Assembly: GCA_032250835.1 (NCBI GenBank)
Contig: JAVVEA010000005.1
Location: 134,402 to 198,401 of the forward strand
From: a bacterium
Lineage (GTDB): Bacteria; SAR324; XYD2-FULL-50-16
Direction of reading: 5' to 3'
Length of the DNA: 64,000 bases
The notes below the pieces were generated by a model that made no database searches, was not told the DNA's origin, and worked only from the letters and a program-made list of their open reading frames with translations. Every line of letters begins with the position of its first letter. The first letter of the stretch is position 1. Shown here piece by piece: positions 46,943 through 56,573 of this stretch. The position numbers and the translations under genes are program-made.

Positions 46943-49603
46943 ATGAGCCAACCGCTACGCAGCCTGCTCTCGGTTTTACCCGACACGGGATACCAAGTGA
47001 TGGGTGACCCCAACCTGGACATCAACGGGTTCCACTGGGACCCGCAACATATCCAGCCCGGTTTTTTATTTGCCGCCTTAGAGCGCGAAGAATTCCAAGA
47101 GGAACATCTACGCCCCAACAGTTTAGCCCATTGGCGCGAGGCAGTCGCCGCCGGCGCGGTGGCGGTAATGACCCAGAAAGGGGTGCGCCTTGAGCTGCCC
47201 GAAGGGATCACCCAAATCGAGCTGTGGGACCTCAACCTGGGCTTAGCTCTGATGGCTAAAGCCTTTTGGGAAGCGCCCTTTGAGAAGCTGCGCCTAGTGG
47301 GCATCACCGGGACCAACGGAAAAACCACCACCTGCCAGATCTTAGACAGCATCTTGACCTATGCCCAGCGCCCGGCTGGCGTGATCGGCACCATCGGCAC
47401 CTTTTATCCCAGTGCCAAGGAACCAGCAGGACACCTGTCCAACCCTTTGGCCCCGGAGCTATTCCAGATCGGCGACCGGATGCGCACCGAAGGGGCCCAA
47501 GTGGTGATGATGGAAGTGACCAGCCATGGCATGGATTTCGACCGCAACAGCGCCTTGGATTATGACATCGCCATCTTCACCAACCTAACCCAAGACCACC
47601 TCGACCACCACCGGACCTTTGAGGCCTATAAGGCGGCTAAGCTCAAGTTCTTTAAAAACCTAGGCCAAAACCGCAAGAAAGCCCTAGCCGTCGTCAACCT
47701 AGACGACCCCTATGCCGACGAGTTTTTGGCGGTCCTAGACCCCCACGCCAAGTTACTGGGCCGCATCCGCAGCTTAACTTACGGGATCAAAAACAAAGAA
47801 GCCGAGTTGTTGGCCATCCCTAAGGAGATGACCGGCTCCTCCAGCAGCTTCGAGATCAAACTGCGCGGAGTGCCGCTCTGTGAGGTGCGCCTGCCCATGG
47901 CGGGCATGTTTAATATCTACAATGCCCTGGCGGCTTTCGGGGCCGGTTTGGGCTTGGAAGTACCGGTCGATACCTTGGCCAAAGGCCTAGAAAAGGCCCG
48001 CCAGATCGACGGACGCTTTGAAAAAATCGAAGGCCCCGGCGGAGCGCAAGTCTACATCGACTATGCCCACACCCCCGATGCCCTAGAGAAGATCTTGCGG
48101 GAGGTCTCTAATTTAACCTCCGGTAAACTCTATTGTGTCTTTGGCTGCGGCGGAGACCGCGACAAAACCAAACGCCCTCAAATGGGGATGATTGCAGGTC
48201 AAATTGCCGATGTGGTGATCGTCACCAGTGACAACCCCCGGACCGAAGACCCCAAGGGCATCTGCCAAGAGGTTTTATCCGGCATCCCCGAACGGCCCGG
48301 ACTGTTTCTAGAGCCGGACCGGAAAAAGGCGATTGAGCTGGCTTTAGAGTTAGCCAAACCCAAAGACTCTATCTTGATCGCCGGAAAGGGGCACGAAACT
48401 TACCAGATCATCGGCCACGAACGGCACCCCTTTTCGGATCGCCAGACCGTCTTGGACCATTTTTCGGTCCCCAAGGAACGCCACTACCGCGCTGAAGTGG
48501 TGGTCGACCGCGCGGCAATCCGCCACAATTTAGCGTTGCTCTTTGAAGAGAAAGCGCCGGACCTAAAGGTCATGGCCGTGGTCAAAGACGACGCCTTGGG
48601 CCACGGGATGGTGGAAACAGCCAGGATCGCCTGTGAGGCCGGGGTGCATTACCTGGGCGTGGCCACCATGAGTGAAGCGTTAGGCCTGCGTGAGGCGGGC
48701 TTGATCAACCACCCCATCTTGGTCTTTGGAGAGCGCAACCCTGAAGACCTAGAGATGGCGGTACGCAACTGCCTGTCCCTACAAGTCCAATCAACCGAGC
48801 GCATCGAACAAATCGGCGCATTGGCCCAAAGTTTGGGTCAGGTCACCAAGCTACACCTAAAGATCGACAGCGGCATGGGCCGATATGGCGTACGCCCCGA
48901 AGAAGCTTTGGCTTTAGCCCAACTGATCCAGGCCACCGAAGGGGTAGAGCTTGAAGGCTTGATGACCCATTTCGCCATGTCCGACGAGGCCGACAAAAGC
49001 TACGCCCACCAACAATGGGCTCGTTTTGAATTGGCCGCCAAGGCGCTGGAGCGCGCGGGACTCTTACCCCCCCTGGTCCATGCTTGCAACAGCGGTGGCT
49101 ACCTGGACCTGCCCTTTGCCCACGGGACCATGGTGCGGGTGGGTACCTTGATGACCGGCGTATACCCCTCAAAGGTTTGCCGCCAGATCAGCCTCAACGG
49201 GAGACAGCTAAAAGCGGCCTTAACGCTCCGGGCAAAAGTGGCCTTTTTAAAGGATCTGGTGCCCGGCGACAAGGTGGGCTACGGCATGCACTTCACCGCA
49301 GCGGCACCGATGAAAGTGGCGGTCTTGCCGATCGGCTACGGAGACGGCTACCCTAGGCTACGCAACCAAGGACAGGTTCTGATCCAGGGACAGTTCTGCC
49401 CCATCATTGGCGGCAACAGCATGGACGCGTTGATGGTTGACGTATCGCAGCTAAACCACCCCCAAATTGGCGATGAGGCGGTTTTGGTGGGACGTCAAGG
49501 CGACGAAGAATATACGGCCATGATGCTGGCCAAGGCAGTGGGCACCGTCACCTATCAGGTCCTAAGTGGCTGGACCCCACGGATCGAAAAACGCTGGATT
49601 TAA
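46943..49603 (+). CDS. MurE-like ligase fused to an alanine-racemase-like domain
   Basis: GTNGKTT, NLTQDHLD, DYAHTPD, GCGGDRD, DNPR, AGKGHE; then AVVKDDALGHG, DSGMGR, THF, VGYG, GYGDGY. Confidence 0.92.
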   Translation: MSQPLRSLLSVLPDTGYQVMGDPNLDINGFHWDPQHIQPGFLFAALEREEFQEEHLRPNSLAHWREAVAAGAVAVMTQKGVRLELPEGITQIELWDLNLGLALMAKAFWEAPFEKLRLVGITGTNGKTTTCQILDSILTYAQRPAGVIGTIGTFYPSAKEPAGHLSNPLAPELFQIGDRMRTEGAQVVMMEVTSHGMDFDRNSALDYDIAIFTNLTQDHLDHHRTFEAYKAAKLKFFKNLGQNRKKALAVVNLDDPYADEFLAVLDPHAKLLGRIRSLTYGIKNKEAELLAIPKEMTGSSSSFEIKLRGVPLCEVRLPMAGMFNIYNALAAFGAGLGLEVPVDTLAKGLEKARQIDGRFEKIEGPGGAQVYIDYAHTPDALEKILREVSNLTSGKLYCVFGCGGDRDKTKRPQMGMIAGQIADVVIVTSDNPRTEDPKGICQEVLSGIPERPGLFLEPDRKKAIELALELAKPKDSILIAGKGHETYQIIGHERHPFSDRQTVLDHFSVPKERHYRAEVVVDRAAIRHNLALLFEEKAPDLKVMAVVKDDALGHGMVETARIACEAGVHYLGVATMSEALGLREAGLINHPILVFGERNPEDLEMAVRNCLSLQVQSTERIEQIGALAQSLGQVTKLHLKIDSGMGRYGVRPEEALALAQLIQATEGVELEGLMTHFAMSDEADKSYAHQQWARFELAAKALERAGLLPPLVHACNSGGYLDLPFAHGTMVRVGTLMTGVYPSKVCRQISLNGRQLKAALTLRAKVAFLKDLVPGDKVGYGMHFTAAAPMKVAVLPIGYGDGYPRLRNQGQVLIQGQFCPIIGGNSMDALMVDVSQLNHPQIGDEAVLVGRQGDEEYTAMMLAKAVGTVTYQVLSGWTPRIEKRWI

Positions 49604-49604
49604 A

Positions 49605-50303
49605 ATGACCCCAGAAAGCGGAATGTGGGCCTTGGTGCTCGAAGGTGATTTGATTTCTCGCGCGGTGATGGCGCTCTTGCTACTGCTGTCGGTGGCTTCC
49701 TGGGGGTTGATCTTAGGTCGCTATAGAGCCCTGGCCCAAGCTAGCACACGCAGCGAAACCTTTTCACAGCGTCTGGAGCGACCTTTAGATATGGCGGTGG
49801 TCAAGCAGGTGGTGGAAAGTTCGCCCTACAGCCCCTTGCGGGAATTGGCCATAGAGGCCTATTTGCTCAAAAAGTCCGAAACGACCCCAAGCACCCTGGT
49901 GGCGAAAAACCGCCCGGTCACCCAAAGACTCCAACACACCCAATTCCTCGCTCGCTTGGAGCGGGCCCTAGAAGCTCGGCTTTTAGGCGAAGAAAAAAAG
50001 CTGCAAAAGGGATTGAGCCTACTGGCCACCTTAGCTAGTTCCTCTCCCTTCATCGGGCTTTTGGGCACCGTTTTGGGCGTGATCGACGCTTTGGCCGCCC
50101 TAGGCCGCGCCGGTGGGGCCCATCTGGCCGCCGTTGGGCCCGGCATTGCCGCCGCCCTGGTGGCCACCGCCTTAGGCCTCTTTGTGGCCATCCCCGCCTT
50201 GATTGCCCACAACCTGCTAAAATCCAGAGCCGAGGGACTAGGTGAGGAGGGGCGACGCTTCGGTTTGGAGCTGCTCAACCTCTTCGATCATGAGGAATCA
50301 TGA
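49605..50303 (+). CDS. tolQ: TolQ (MotA/TolQ/ExbB family)
   Basis: PFIGLLGTVLG, PGIAAALVATALGL..AIPA; tol gene context. Confidence 0.85.
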   Translation: MTPESGMWALVLEGDLISRAVMALLLLLSVASWGLILGRYRALAQASTRSETFSQRLERPLDMAVVKQVVESSPYSPLRELAIEAYLLKKSETTPSTLVAKNRPVTQRLQHTQFLARLERALEARLLGEEKKLQKGLSLLATLASSSPFIGLLGTVLGVIDALAALGRAGGAHLAAVGPGIAAALVATALGLFVAIPALIAHNLLKSRAEGLGEEGRRFGLELLNLFDHEES

Positions 50304-50704
50304 AGCGGCTCAAACGCGCCGAAGGTGCGGTTGCGGAAATCAACGTAACTCCTTTTGTGGACGTTTTGTTGGTGCTGGTGGTGGTCCTGCTGGTTGCTAG
50401 TCCCATTTTAGAGCGGCAGATCAAGATCGACTTACCTAAAGAACAACTCAAGGAACGCAGCGTTAAGGCCGACCGCCGCCTGATCGTCACCTTAGACGAC
50501 AAAGGCCGAACCTACCTGGGGCGAAAAAGGCTCAAGGAAGAAGAGCTATTCAATCAAGTGGGCCTCTGGCTGGCCGAACATCCCGGCGACCGGGTCAACC
50601 TGCGCGCCAGCCGCAAGGTGCGCTATGAGCAAGTCACCCACTTGATGGCCCGTTTGAAACAGGCCGGAGCCGAGCGCGTCGGTCTTTTGGTAGAAGAAGA
50701 GTGA
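50300..50704 (+). CDS. tolR: TolR (ExbD/TolR family)
   Basis: EINVTPFVDVLLVL. Confidence 0.88.
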   Translation: MKRLKRAEGAVAEINVTPFVDVLLVLVVVLLVASPILERQIKIDLPKEQLKERSVKADRRLIVTLDDKGRTYLGRKRLKEEELFNQVGLWLAEHPGDRVNLRASRKVRYEQVTHLMARLKQAGAERVGLLVEEE

Positions 50705-51396
50705 TGGAACGTCTGACCTTGACGCCCTTTGGCGTTTCCTTATTGGGTCATGCCTGCTTCTTGGCCTTGATTTGGGCAGTCGCCCACTGGTCCCCGCTGC
50801 CACCCGAACCCCTATTAGACGCTACGCTGGTCTTTGAAAAGGCAGGCGGCGGGTTACCGGCCCTTGAATCGCCCAAACCCGTTCCGGCACCGGTGGCCCC
50901 ACCGAGCCCACCAGAGCCCGAAAAGGCCCCCGAAGCGATCCGCTCTGCCGAGCCCCAAAAAAAGACTAAGCCCACGCCGGCTCAAGTGGAACCCAAACCC
51001 ATCGAAGCCGAAAAAAAACCGGTTGAAGCCCCACCGGTCCGGCCCCAACCGCCCGCCGAAACGGCGGGCAACGCAGAGGCCGGGGGCTCCGGTTTGCTTT
51101 CGACGCGCTTGAGTTCCATGAGTTATAAATCCCTGCTACGCCAAAAGGTAGAGGGACGCTGGAAAGCACCGCGCATCGAGCGAGAATACCAAATCTTGTT
51201 TATGGTGACCATCAAACCCGACGGAAGGATCGACCAGTTGGAACTGCGCGAAAGCTCTGGGTTAGACCTCTTAGACCAAGCCGCCAAAAAAGCGATCCTC
51301 GCCTCTGCGCCCTTCCCGGCTCCGCCGCAAGACATCTTAGAAGGCAAGCCGGTCTTTGAAGCTTGGTTCCGCTTCCGACCCGACGAGGCCCCTTGA
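50701..51396 (+). CDS. tolA: TolA/TonB-like protein
   Basis: TM segment with SxxxH motif, Pro/Lys/Glu linker, SSG..LDQAA..PFP C-terminal domain. Confidence 0.75.
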   Translation: MMERLTLTPFGVSLLGHACFLALIWAVAHWSPLPPEPLLDATLVFEKAGGGLPALESPKPVPAPVAPPSPPEPEKAPEAIRSAEPQKKTKPTPAQVEPKPIEAEKKPVEAPPVRPQPPAETAGNAEAGGSGLLSTRLSSMSYKSLLRQKVEGRWKAPRIEREYQILFMVTIKPDGRIDQLELRESSGLDLLDQAAKKAILASAPFPAPPQDILEGKPVFEAWFRFRPDEAP

Positions 51397-52598
51397 GGCG
51401 TTGGTTATTAGTCTGGATGCTGCTTTGGAGTGGCTCGATTCCGCTGCAAGCTCGCGAGTACATTGACATCACCGGAGCGACCTACGGCCTGATCAGCATC
51501 GCCCCGGGCCCCGGTGCCCAGACCCCCTTGGGCCGTGAGTTATTAGACATCCTGCAATGGTCCGGCCTCTTCGAGCTGTTGCCGGAGAACGCCCCGGCAG
51601 ACATCGAGTTGTCGCTGGATTTTCACGCCGACTTGGCCCGCCTGCAATTGACCGGCTTAGACGAGATGGTGCTCTACACCGGGGTCTTTAGCCTGCCCCT
51701 GACAGACCAGACCACCCAAGCCCGCGAGGAGGCCGAACGGATCATCCGCCGCCTGACCGGGGCCCGCTCGGCCATGAAAAGCGGCATCGCCTACATCACC
51801 AAATCACGGTCCGAAGGCCACCGTTTAGTGCTGACCGATTTCTTTGGCCGCAGCCAAACCACCCTGTCTCAGCCGGGCGGTGTCTTGCTCTTGCCCCGTT
51901 GGAACCCCGCCGCTAACCAACTAATCTACACCTACTTGGGCCGCCGGGGTGCCGAGGTGCGTAAACTCTCCTTAGCTGGAGGCGAGCGCCCCCTACTGCC
52001 GGACCGAGGGGTATTACTAGAAGCCGCCTTCACCCCCTATGAGGGCCGCTATTTGCTCTGTCTTTCCATCAATGGCAATGCGGATATTTACCAATGGGAG
52101 CAATCGGAAAAAACCTTCCATGACCTAACCCACCGTAGCAGCACCGAATCCAGCCCGGCACTTTCGCCAGATGGAAAGCAGCTTCTCTTCGTTTCAAACC
52201 GGTCCGGCTCTGTACAAATTTATCAAAAGGATTTAACAACAGGAGAGGTTTACCGCATGACCTTTGAAGGAACCTACAACGCCGAACCGGCCTGGAGCCC
52301 AAGCGGGCGGTTCTTTGCCTTCTCGGGACTGGTTGAGCGGCAATATGAAATCTTCATGATGGACGCCAAGGGCTTAGCCCAGCGCCAAGTCAGCGAAGGC
52401 AAAGGCAGCAAAGAGCAACCTCAATTCTCACCTGACGGGCGGCAGCTGTTGTTTGTTAAAAAGCAGCAGGGCGTTCAGAAGTTATATTTAATGCGTATCG
52501 ATGGCAGCTATGTCCGCCGCCTCACCGATTCGCCCTCGAAAGTGGAGGAATACAACCCCGCTTGGAGCCCCAAGGAGATCCGATGGCCCGCCTATTAA
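51393..52598 (+). CDS. tolB: TolB
   Basis: YIDITG N-terminus; PD40 repeats (SPDGK, WSPSG, FSPDG). Confidence 0.85.
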   Translation: MRRWLLVWMLLWSGSIPLQAREYIDITGATYGLISIAPGPGAQTPLGRELLDILQWSGLFELLPENAPADIELSLDFHADLARLQLTGLDEMVLYTGVFSLPLTDQTTQAREEAERIIRRLTGARSAMKSGIAYITKSRSEGHRLVLTDFFGRSQTTLSQPGGVLLLPRWNPAANQLIYTYLGRRGAEVRKLSLAGGERPLLPDRGVLLEAAFTPYEGRYLLCLSINGNADIYQWEQSEKTFHDLTHRSSTESSPALSPDGKQLLFVSNRSGSVQIYQKDLTTGEVYRMTFEGTYNAEPAWSPSGRFFAFSGLVERQYEIFMMDAKGLAQRQVSEGKGSKEQPQFSPDGRQLLFVKKQQGVQKLYLMRIDGSYVRRLTDSPSKVEEYNPAWSPKEIRWPAY

Positions 52599-53353
52599 TC
52601 CTGTCCCTTTTTATTTTTTGGACGGTACCCTCCTGGGCGGTCAGTCTAGCCGACAGAGTCGGGGTGGTCGAGCAAAGAATGGTGGACTTAGAGCGAGTCC
52701 AGAACGACCAAGCTAAAGACGCCAAAGAATTCCGCGCCGATGCCAAAGCCCGCCTGGATCAATTGCAGGCCGCCAACAAAGGTTTTTTTTCCGAGCTCGA
52801 CGCCCTGCGTGAAGACCTAAAAGCCATTGCTGCGGAAGGCGAACGGGACCAACAGGGAAACCGCCAACTGAAAGAGCAACTGGCGCAACTAGAAGCCAAG
52901 TTAGACGCCCAGGCGGTCGAGCTTTTTGAGCTAAAAGAACTAATCCAAGCCCAAGCCGCCGAAGTCGCTTTGGGCAACCAAACCGAAGCCTTTGACGAGG
53001 CCATGAAGGTCTTTAAGGCCGGGAACTGGCCTAAAGCCCAAGACCAAATGCTGGCGATTTCGAAAGCCGCCAAGGACCCAGAGCTCGCCAAGGAATCACT
53101 TTATTACGGTAGCTTTGCCGCCCATGTGGCCAAAGATTGGAAAACCGCCAATGCGGGCTTCTCGGACCTAATCCGGCAATACCCCAAGTCCAACCGGGTG
53201 CCCGTATCGCGCTGGCGTTTGGCCTTGGGTTTGATAGAAGCCGGTGACCCAAAGGCCGCTAAGAAGCAATTAAAATCATTAATCGCCGACAAATCCAAAG
53301 AAAACGCCAAACTGGCCGCGAAAGCCGCCGCTAAGCTGAAACAACTAAGATAA
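52583..53353 (+). CDS. cpoB: CpoB/YbgF-like coiled-coil TPR protein
   Basis: AAGGAG RBS, signal peptide, coiled coil, YPKS-type TPR region. Confidence 0.75.
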   Translation: MARLLILSLFIFWTVPSWAVSLADRVGVVEQRMVDLERVQNDQAKDAKEFRADAKARLDQLQAANKGFFSELDALREDLKAIAAEGERDQQGNRQLKEQLAQLEAKLDAQAVELFELKELIQAQAAEVALGNQTEAFDEAMKVFKAGNWPKAQDQMLAISKAAKDPELAKESLYYGSFAAHVAKDWKTANAGFSDLIRQYPKSNRVPVSRWRLALGLIEAGDPKAAKKQLKSLIADKSKENAKLAAKAAAKLKQLR

Positions 53354-53359
53354 CCCCTC

Positions 53360-54187
53360 ATGCCACAGTCTATCGCCATGGCCCAGGTCTGCGCTACCCA
53401 CGACCTCGCCGCCAACCTCGCCAAGGCCCTCGACCTGATCAACCAAGCCGCCGCCCAAGGCGCGAAGATGATTCTCTTTCCCGAGTCCTTTTTGTTCCTA
53501 GGGCGCAAGGAAAGTGAATACCTCTCCATTGCCGAGCCCATTCCCGGCCCCATCGTAAACCAGTTTTGCGAAGCCGCCAAAGCCCAGGGTATTTGGATCT
53601 TGATGGGCGGATTTTGCGAAAAAAACCCGGAAAACCCGGCCAAGACCTACAACACCTCGGTCTTGATCGATGACCGAGGAACGGTCCAGAGCCGTTACCG
53701 AAAAATCCACCTCTTTGACACCAAGGTCCAAGAGGTGAACCTACAAGAATCCAAAACCGTGGCCCCGGGCCAGGAGATCATCACCGCCGAGTCCCCCATT
53801 GGGCTCTTAGGGATGACCATCTGCTATGACCTACGCTTTCCCTGCCTATTCCAGGCGCTGCGCCGGACCGGGGCACAGGTAATGTTGGTCCCTGCGGCCT
53901 TCACGATCCAGACCGGACGGTTTCATTGGAAGCCTTTGTTGCAAGCGCGGGCCATCGAAACCCAGTCTTACGTGATCGCCCCCGGACAGGTAGGCCGCCA
54001 CAACGAGAAACGCCAGTCTTACGGGCACTCCTTGCTGATCGACCCTTGGGGTCAGGTCCTGGCCGAAGGAGACGGTGAGCAAGAAGAACTGGTCTTTGGT
54101 GAAGTGGACTTGGAGCATTTAGCCCAGGTACGCGAACAAATGCCCGTCTTCGAGCACCGCGTCGCCGGGGTGGACTGGTCGCCCTGA
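53360..54187 (+). CDS. Carbon-nitrogen hydrolase (Nit1-like)
   Basis: E-K-C catalytic triad in FPES, YRKIHLFD, ICYDLRFP; ARAIETQ. Confidence 0.92.
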   Translation: MPQSIAMAQVCATHDLAANLAKALDLINQAAAQGAKMILFPESFLFLGRKESEYLSIAEPIPGPIVNQFCEAAKAQGIWILMGGFCEKNPENPAKTYNTSVLIDDRGTVQSRYRKIHLFDTKVQEVNLQESKTVAPGQEIITAESPIGLLGMTICYDLRFPCLFQALRRTGAQVMLVPAAFTIQTGRFHWKPLLQARAIETQSYVIAPGQVGRHNEKRQSYGHSLLIDPWGQVLAEGDGEQEELVFGEVDLEHLAQVREQMPVFEHRVAGVDWSP

Positions 54188-55563
54188 TGTTCCAACGGTT
54201 CTATGGACAGGTCATTCGGTGGATCGAAAAGCAGGGTTACGGGCCCCGCATCACCGCCCTGCTTCCCCAAGAAAACATCCAATGGAATGATAACCTCATT
54301 TGGCGCGCCTATTTGGCCGCTATCCTGCCAGAAGCGGCCAGCTCCCTGATCACCCTTGAAGGTGACCCGCTACGCCCCTTAGTGGAGCAGTTGATCAGCC
54401 AAAGCGAATTCGCTACGGGCCCGCAGTGGGTTGGTTTTATTCAGGCGAGCCCGCTCAGCTTTTTGGAAGAGCCCAGCGCCTTAGAATTAGCCGAACAGTT
54501 TGCCGCCCTGCGATCCAAGCTCAACGGTTGGTACCAAGGCACCTTACACAGCCGCATCGAAGCAGAACCAAAGGCCGCCTTTAGTGATTTGAGCCGTGAG
54601 CTGGGTATTAGCGACCTCTGGAAAACAGCCGAGTTTTTGTCCCGTCTGGGTTTCGGCTACCCGCATTCGAGCGAATCGGCCAGGGCCTTTGGACGTTTTT
54701 CCGGGCTAGAGGAAATCCACTATTTTGACTGGTTCGATCTCTTAGAAACTTCCCTAGACCGCTCACGGGCCTACCGGATCGACCGCGGCCTAGCTTTGTT
54801 TTTTGGCCCCAAAAACCCGCTGCATTTGCCCCAGGTGTGTGCCGCCAAGCCACTCTGTCCTTCCTGTTTTTTGCAGGCAGACTGCCGGTTTTTTGAGCAG
54901 CTTTATGGCCAAGAAGGCCTATTACCGCTCGAAAACCAACTCAAGTTAGGCCGTGCCGACCAGTTAGGCAGCCGCGAACTGTTACTCTACTTGGCTGGAG
55001 ACCGGTGGCAAAACAAACCGCTACAAAACAAATGGATCGCCCATTTCGTTAAAGGCGAGTTGGACCCCGATTTGATCCGCCCCGGAGACGACCCGGAGGA
55101 GGTGGATCTTTTGTTATTTACCCGTGCCTTGGAAGAGGCGGGACAACGCCTGGCCCTTTCGCGGCGCAAACGAGCAGGACAAGGGGTTACCAGTAGCCAG
55201 GATATTTTTGAGCAATATCGATTCCGCTTGGGCCGGGAAAAACAAGAAAGCTTTCATATCGCTATTTTGGATAACCGACACCGCCCCATGAGTTTGCAGA
55301 TGATCAGCCGCGGTTTGCTGGACCAGACCTTGGTACATCCTCGCGAGGTCTTTGCCCCTGCCTTGCAACTTCAGGCAGCTGCGGTGATCTTGATCCACAA
55401 CCACCCCAGCGGAGACGTCCGCCCCTCGAACCAAGATCTAAGCATCACTAAAAGGCTTTGCGAGGTCGGCAAGCTGGTGGGCATCAAGGTACTTGACCAT
55501 GTGATCATCTCCGAGGAAAGTTACTTCAGTTTCGCCGATGAAAACCTTCTCCCAAGCTCCTAA
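54187..55563 (+). CDS. radC: RadC (JAB domain) protein with N-terminal extension bearing a 4-Cys motif
   Basis: VHPREVF, HNHPSGD, LDHVII; CAAKPLCPSCFLQADC upstream. Confidence 0.88.
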   Translation: MFQRFYGQVIRWIEKQGYGPRITALLPQENIQWNDNLIWRAYLAAILPEAASSLITLEGDPLRPLVEQLISQSEFATGPQWVGFIQASPLSFLEEPSALELAEQFAALRSKLNGWYQGTLHSRIEAEPKAAFSDLSRELGISDLWKTAEFLSRLGFGYPHSSESARAFGRFSGLEEIHYFDWFDLLETSLDRSRAYRIDRGLALFFGPKNPLHLPQVCAAKPLCPSCFLQADCRFFEQLYGQEGLLPLENQLKLGRADQLGSRELLLYLAGDRWQNKPLQNKWIAHFVKGELDPDLIRPGDDPEEVDLLLFTRALEEAGQRLALSRRKRAGQGVTSSQDIFEQYRFRLGREKQESFHIAILDNRHRPMSLQMISRGLLDQTLVHPREVFAPALQLQAAAVILIHNHPSGDVRPSNQDLSITKRLCEVGKLVGIKVLDHVIISEESYFSFADENLLPSS

Positions 55564-56573
55564 TGGTTAAGTTTGTTGATACCGCCCGCATCATGATCCA
55601 ATCCGGCAAAGGCGGGGGCGGTTGTGCCAGTTTCCGCCGCGAAAAATTTATTGAATTTGGCGGGCCCAACGGGGGCGATGGTGGGCGAGGCGGTAGCGTG
55701 TTCATCCAAGGCGACCCCAACCTAACCAGCCTACAAGACTTACGCCTCAACCCGCACCAACGGGCGGGAAATGGCCAGCCGGGCATGAGTGACATGAAGA
55801 CCGGCAAAGCCGGAGCCGACAAGATCATTAAATTGCCGCTCGGTACGGTGATCTGTGACGAAATCAGCGGTGAGATCGTCATGGAAGTGCTCGACGAAAA
55901 CCCCGAATTGCTGCTGAAGGGCGGACGAGGCGGATTGGGGAACATCCATTTTAAATCCAGCACCAACCAAGCGCCCCGCTACGCCCAACCGGGCGAACCG
56001 GGCCAGGAAATGTCCTTGGAGTTGGAACTAAAAATCATGGCTGATGTGGGGTTGGTCGGCTTTCCTAATGCCGGCAAGTCGACCTTCATTTCCGCCATCT
56101 CTGCGGCCCGCCCCAAAGTGGCCGACTATCCCTTCACCACCCTCGTCCCCAACCTGGGCGTGGTCCAGTTGCCTGACTACCGCAGCTTTGTGGTCGCGGA
56201 TATTCCAGGGATCATTGAAGGGGCCCACGAGGGCGTAGGCCTAGGAGACCGATTTTTAAAGCATATCCAACGGACCGCCGCCTTGGCCTTCTTGCTCGAC
56301 GGCTCCCCCTTCGCCGAGAAAGCGCCAATCGACGCCTTCAAAGCACTCTACGAGGAGTTGCGGCTCTTTTCTGAAGACCTCTTAGAGAAGAAGCGGGTGG
56401 TGGTCTTGACCAAACTAGACAGCCTAGACCCCGAGTTTGACGTAGAGGAATTGCGCCGTGAGTTAGAAGACCAAGGGGAGACCTTTTTTGTGATCAGCGC
56501 GGTCAGCCACCAGGGATTGGAGCCCTTGCTAGAACATCTATACCGGCTGGTCCTAGCTAACCGGTCAGTTTAG
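55563..56573 (+). CDS. obgE: GTPase Obg
   Basis: FRREK..GGPNGGDGG, GFPNAGKS, YPFTT, DIPG, TKLD. Confidence 0.97.
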   Translation: MVKFVDTARIMIQSGKGGGGCASFRREKFIEFGGPNGGDGGRGGSVFIQGDPNLTSLQDLRLNPHQRAGNGQPGMSDMKTGKAGADKIIKLPLGTVICDEISGEIVMEVLDENPELLLKGGRGGLGNIHFKSSTNQAPRYAQPGEPGQEMSLELELKIMADVGLVGFPNAGKSTFISAISAARPKVADYPFTTLVPNLGVVQLPDYRSFVVADIPGIIEGAHEGVGLGDRFLKHIQRTAALAFLLDGSPFAEKAPIDAFKALYEELRLFSEDLLEKKRVVVLTKLDSLDPEFDVEELRRELEDQGETFFVISAVSHQGLEPLLEHLYRLVLANRSV

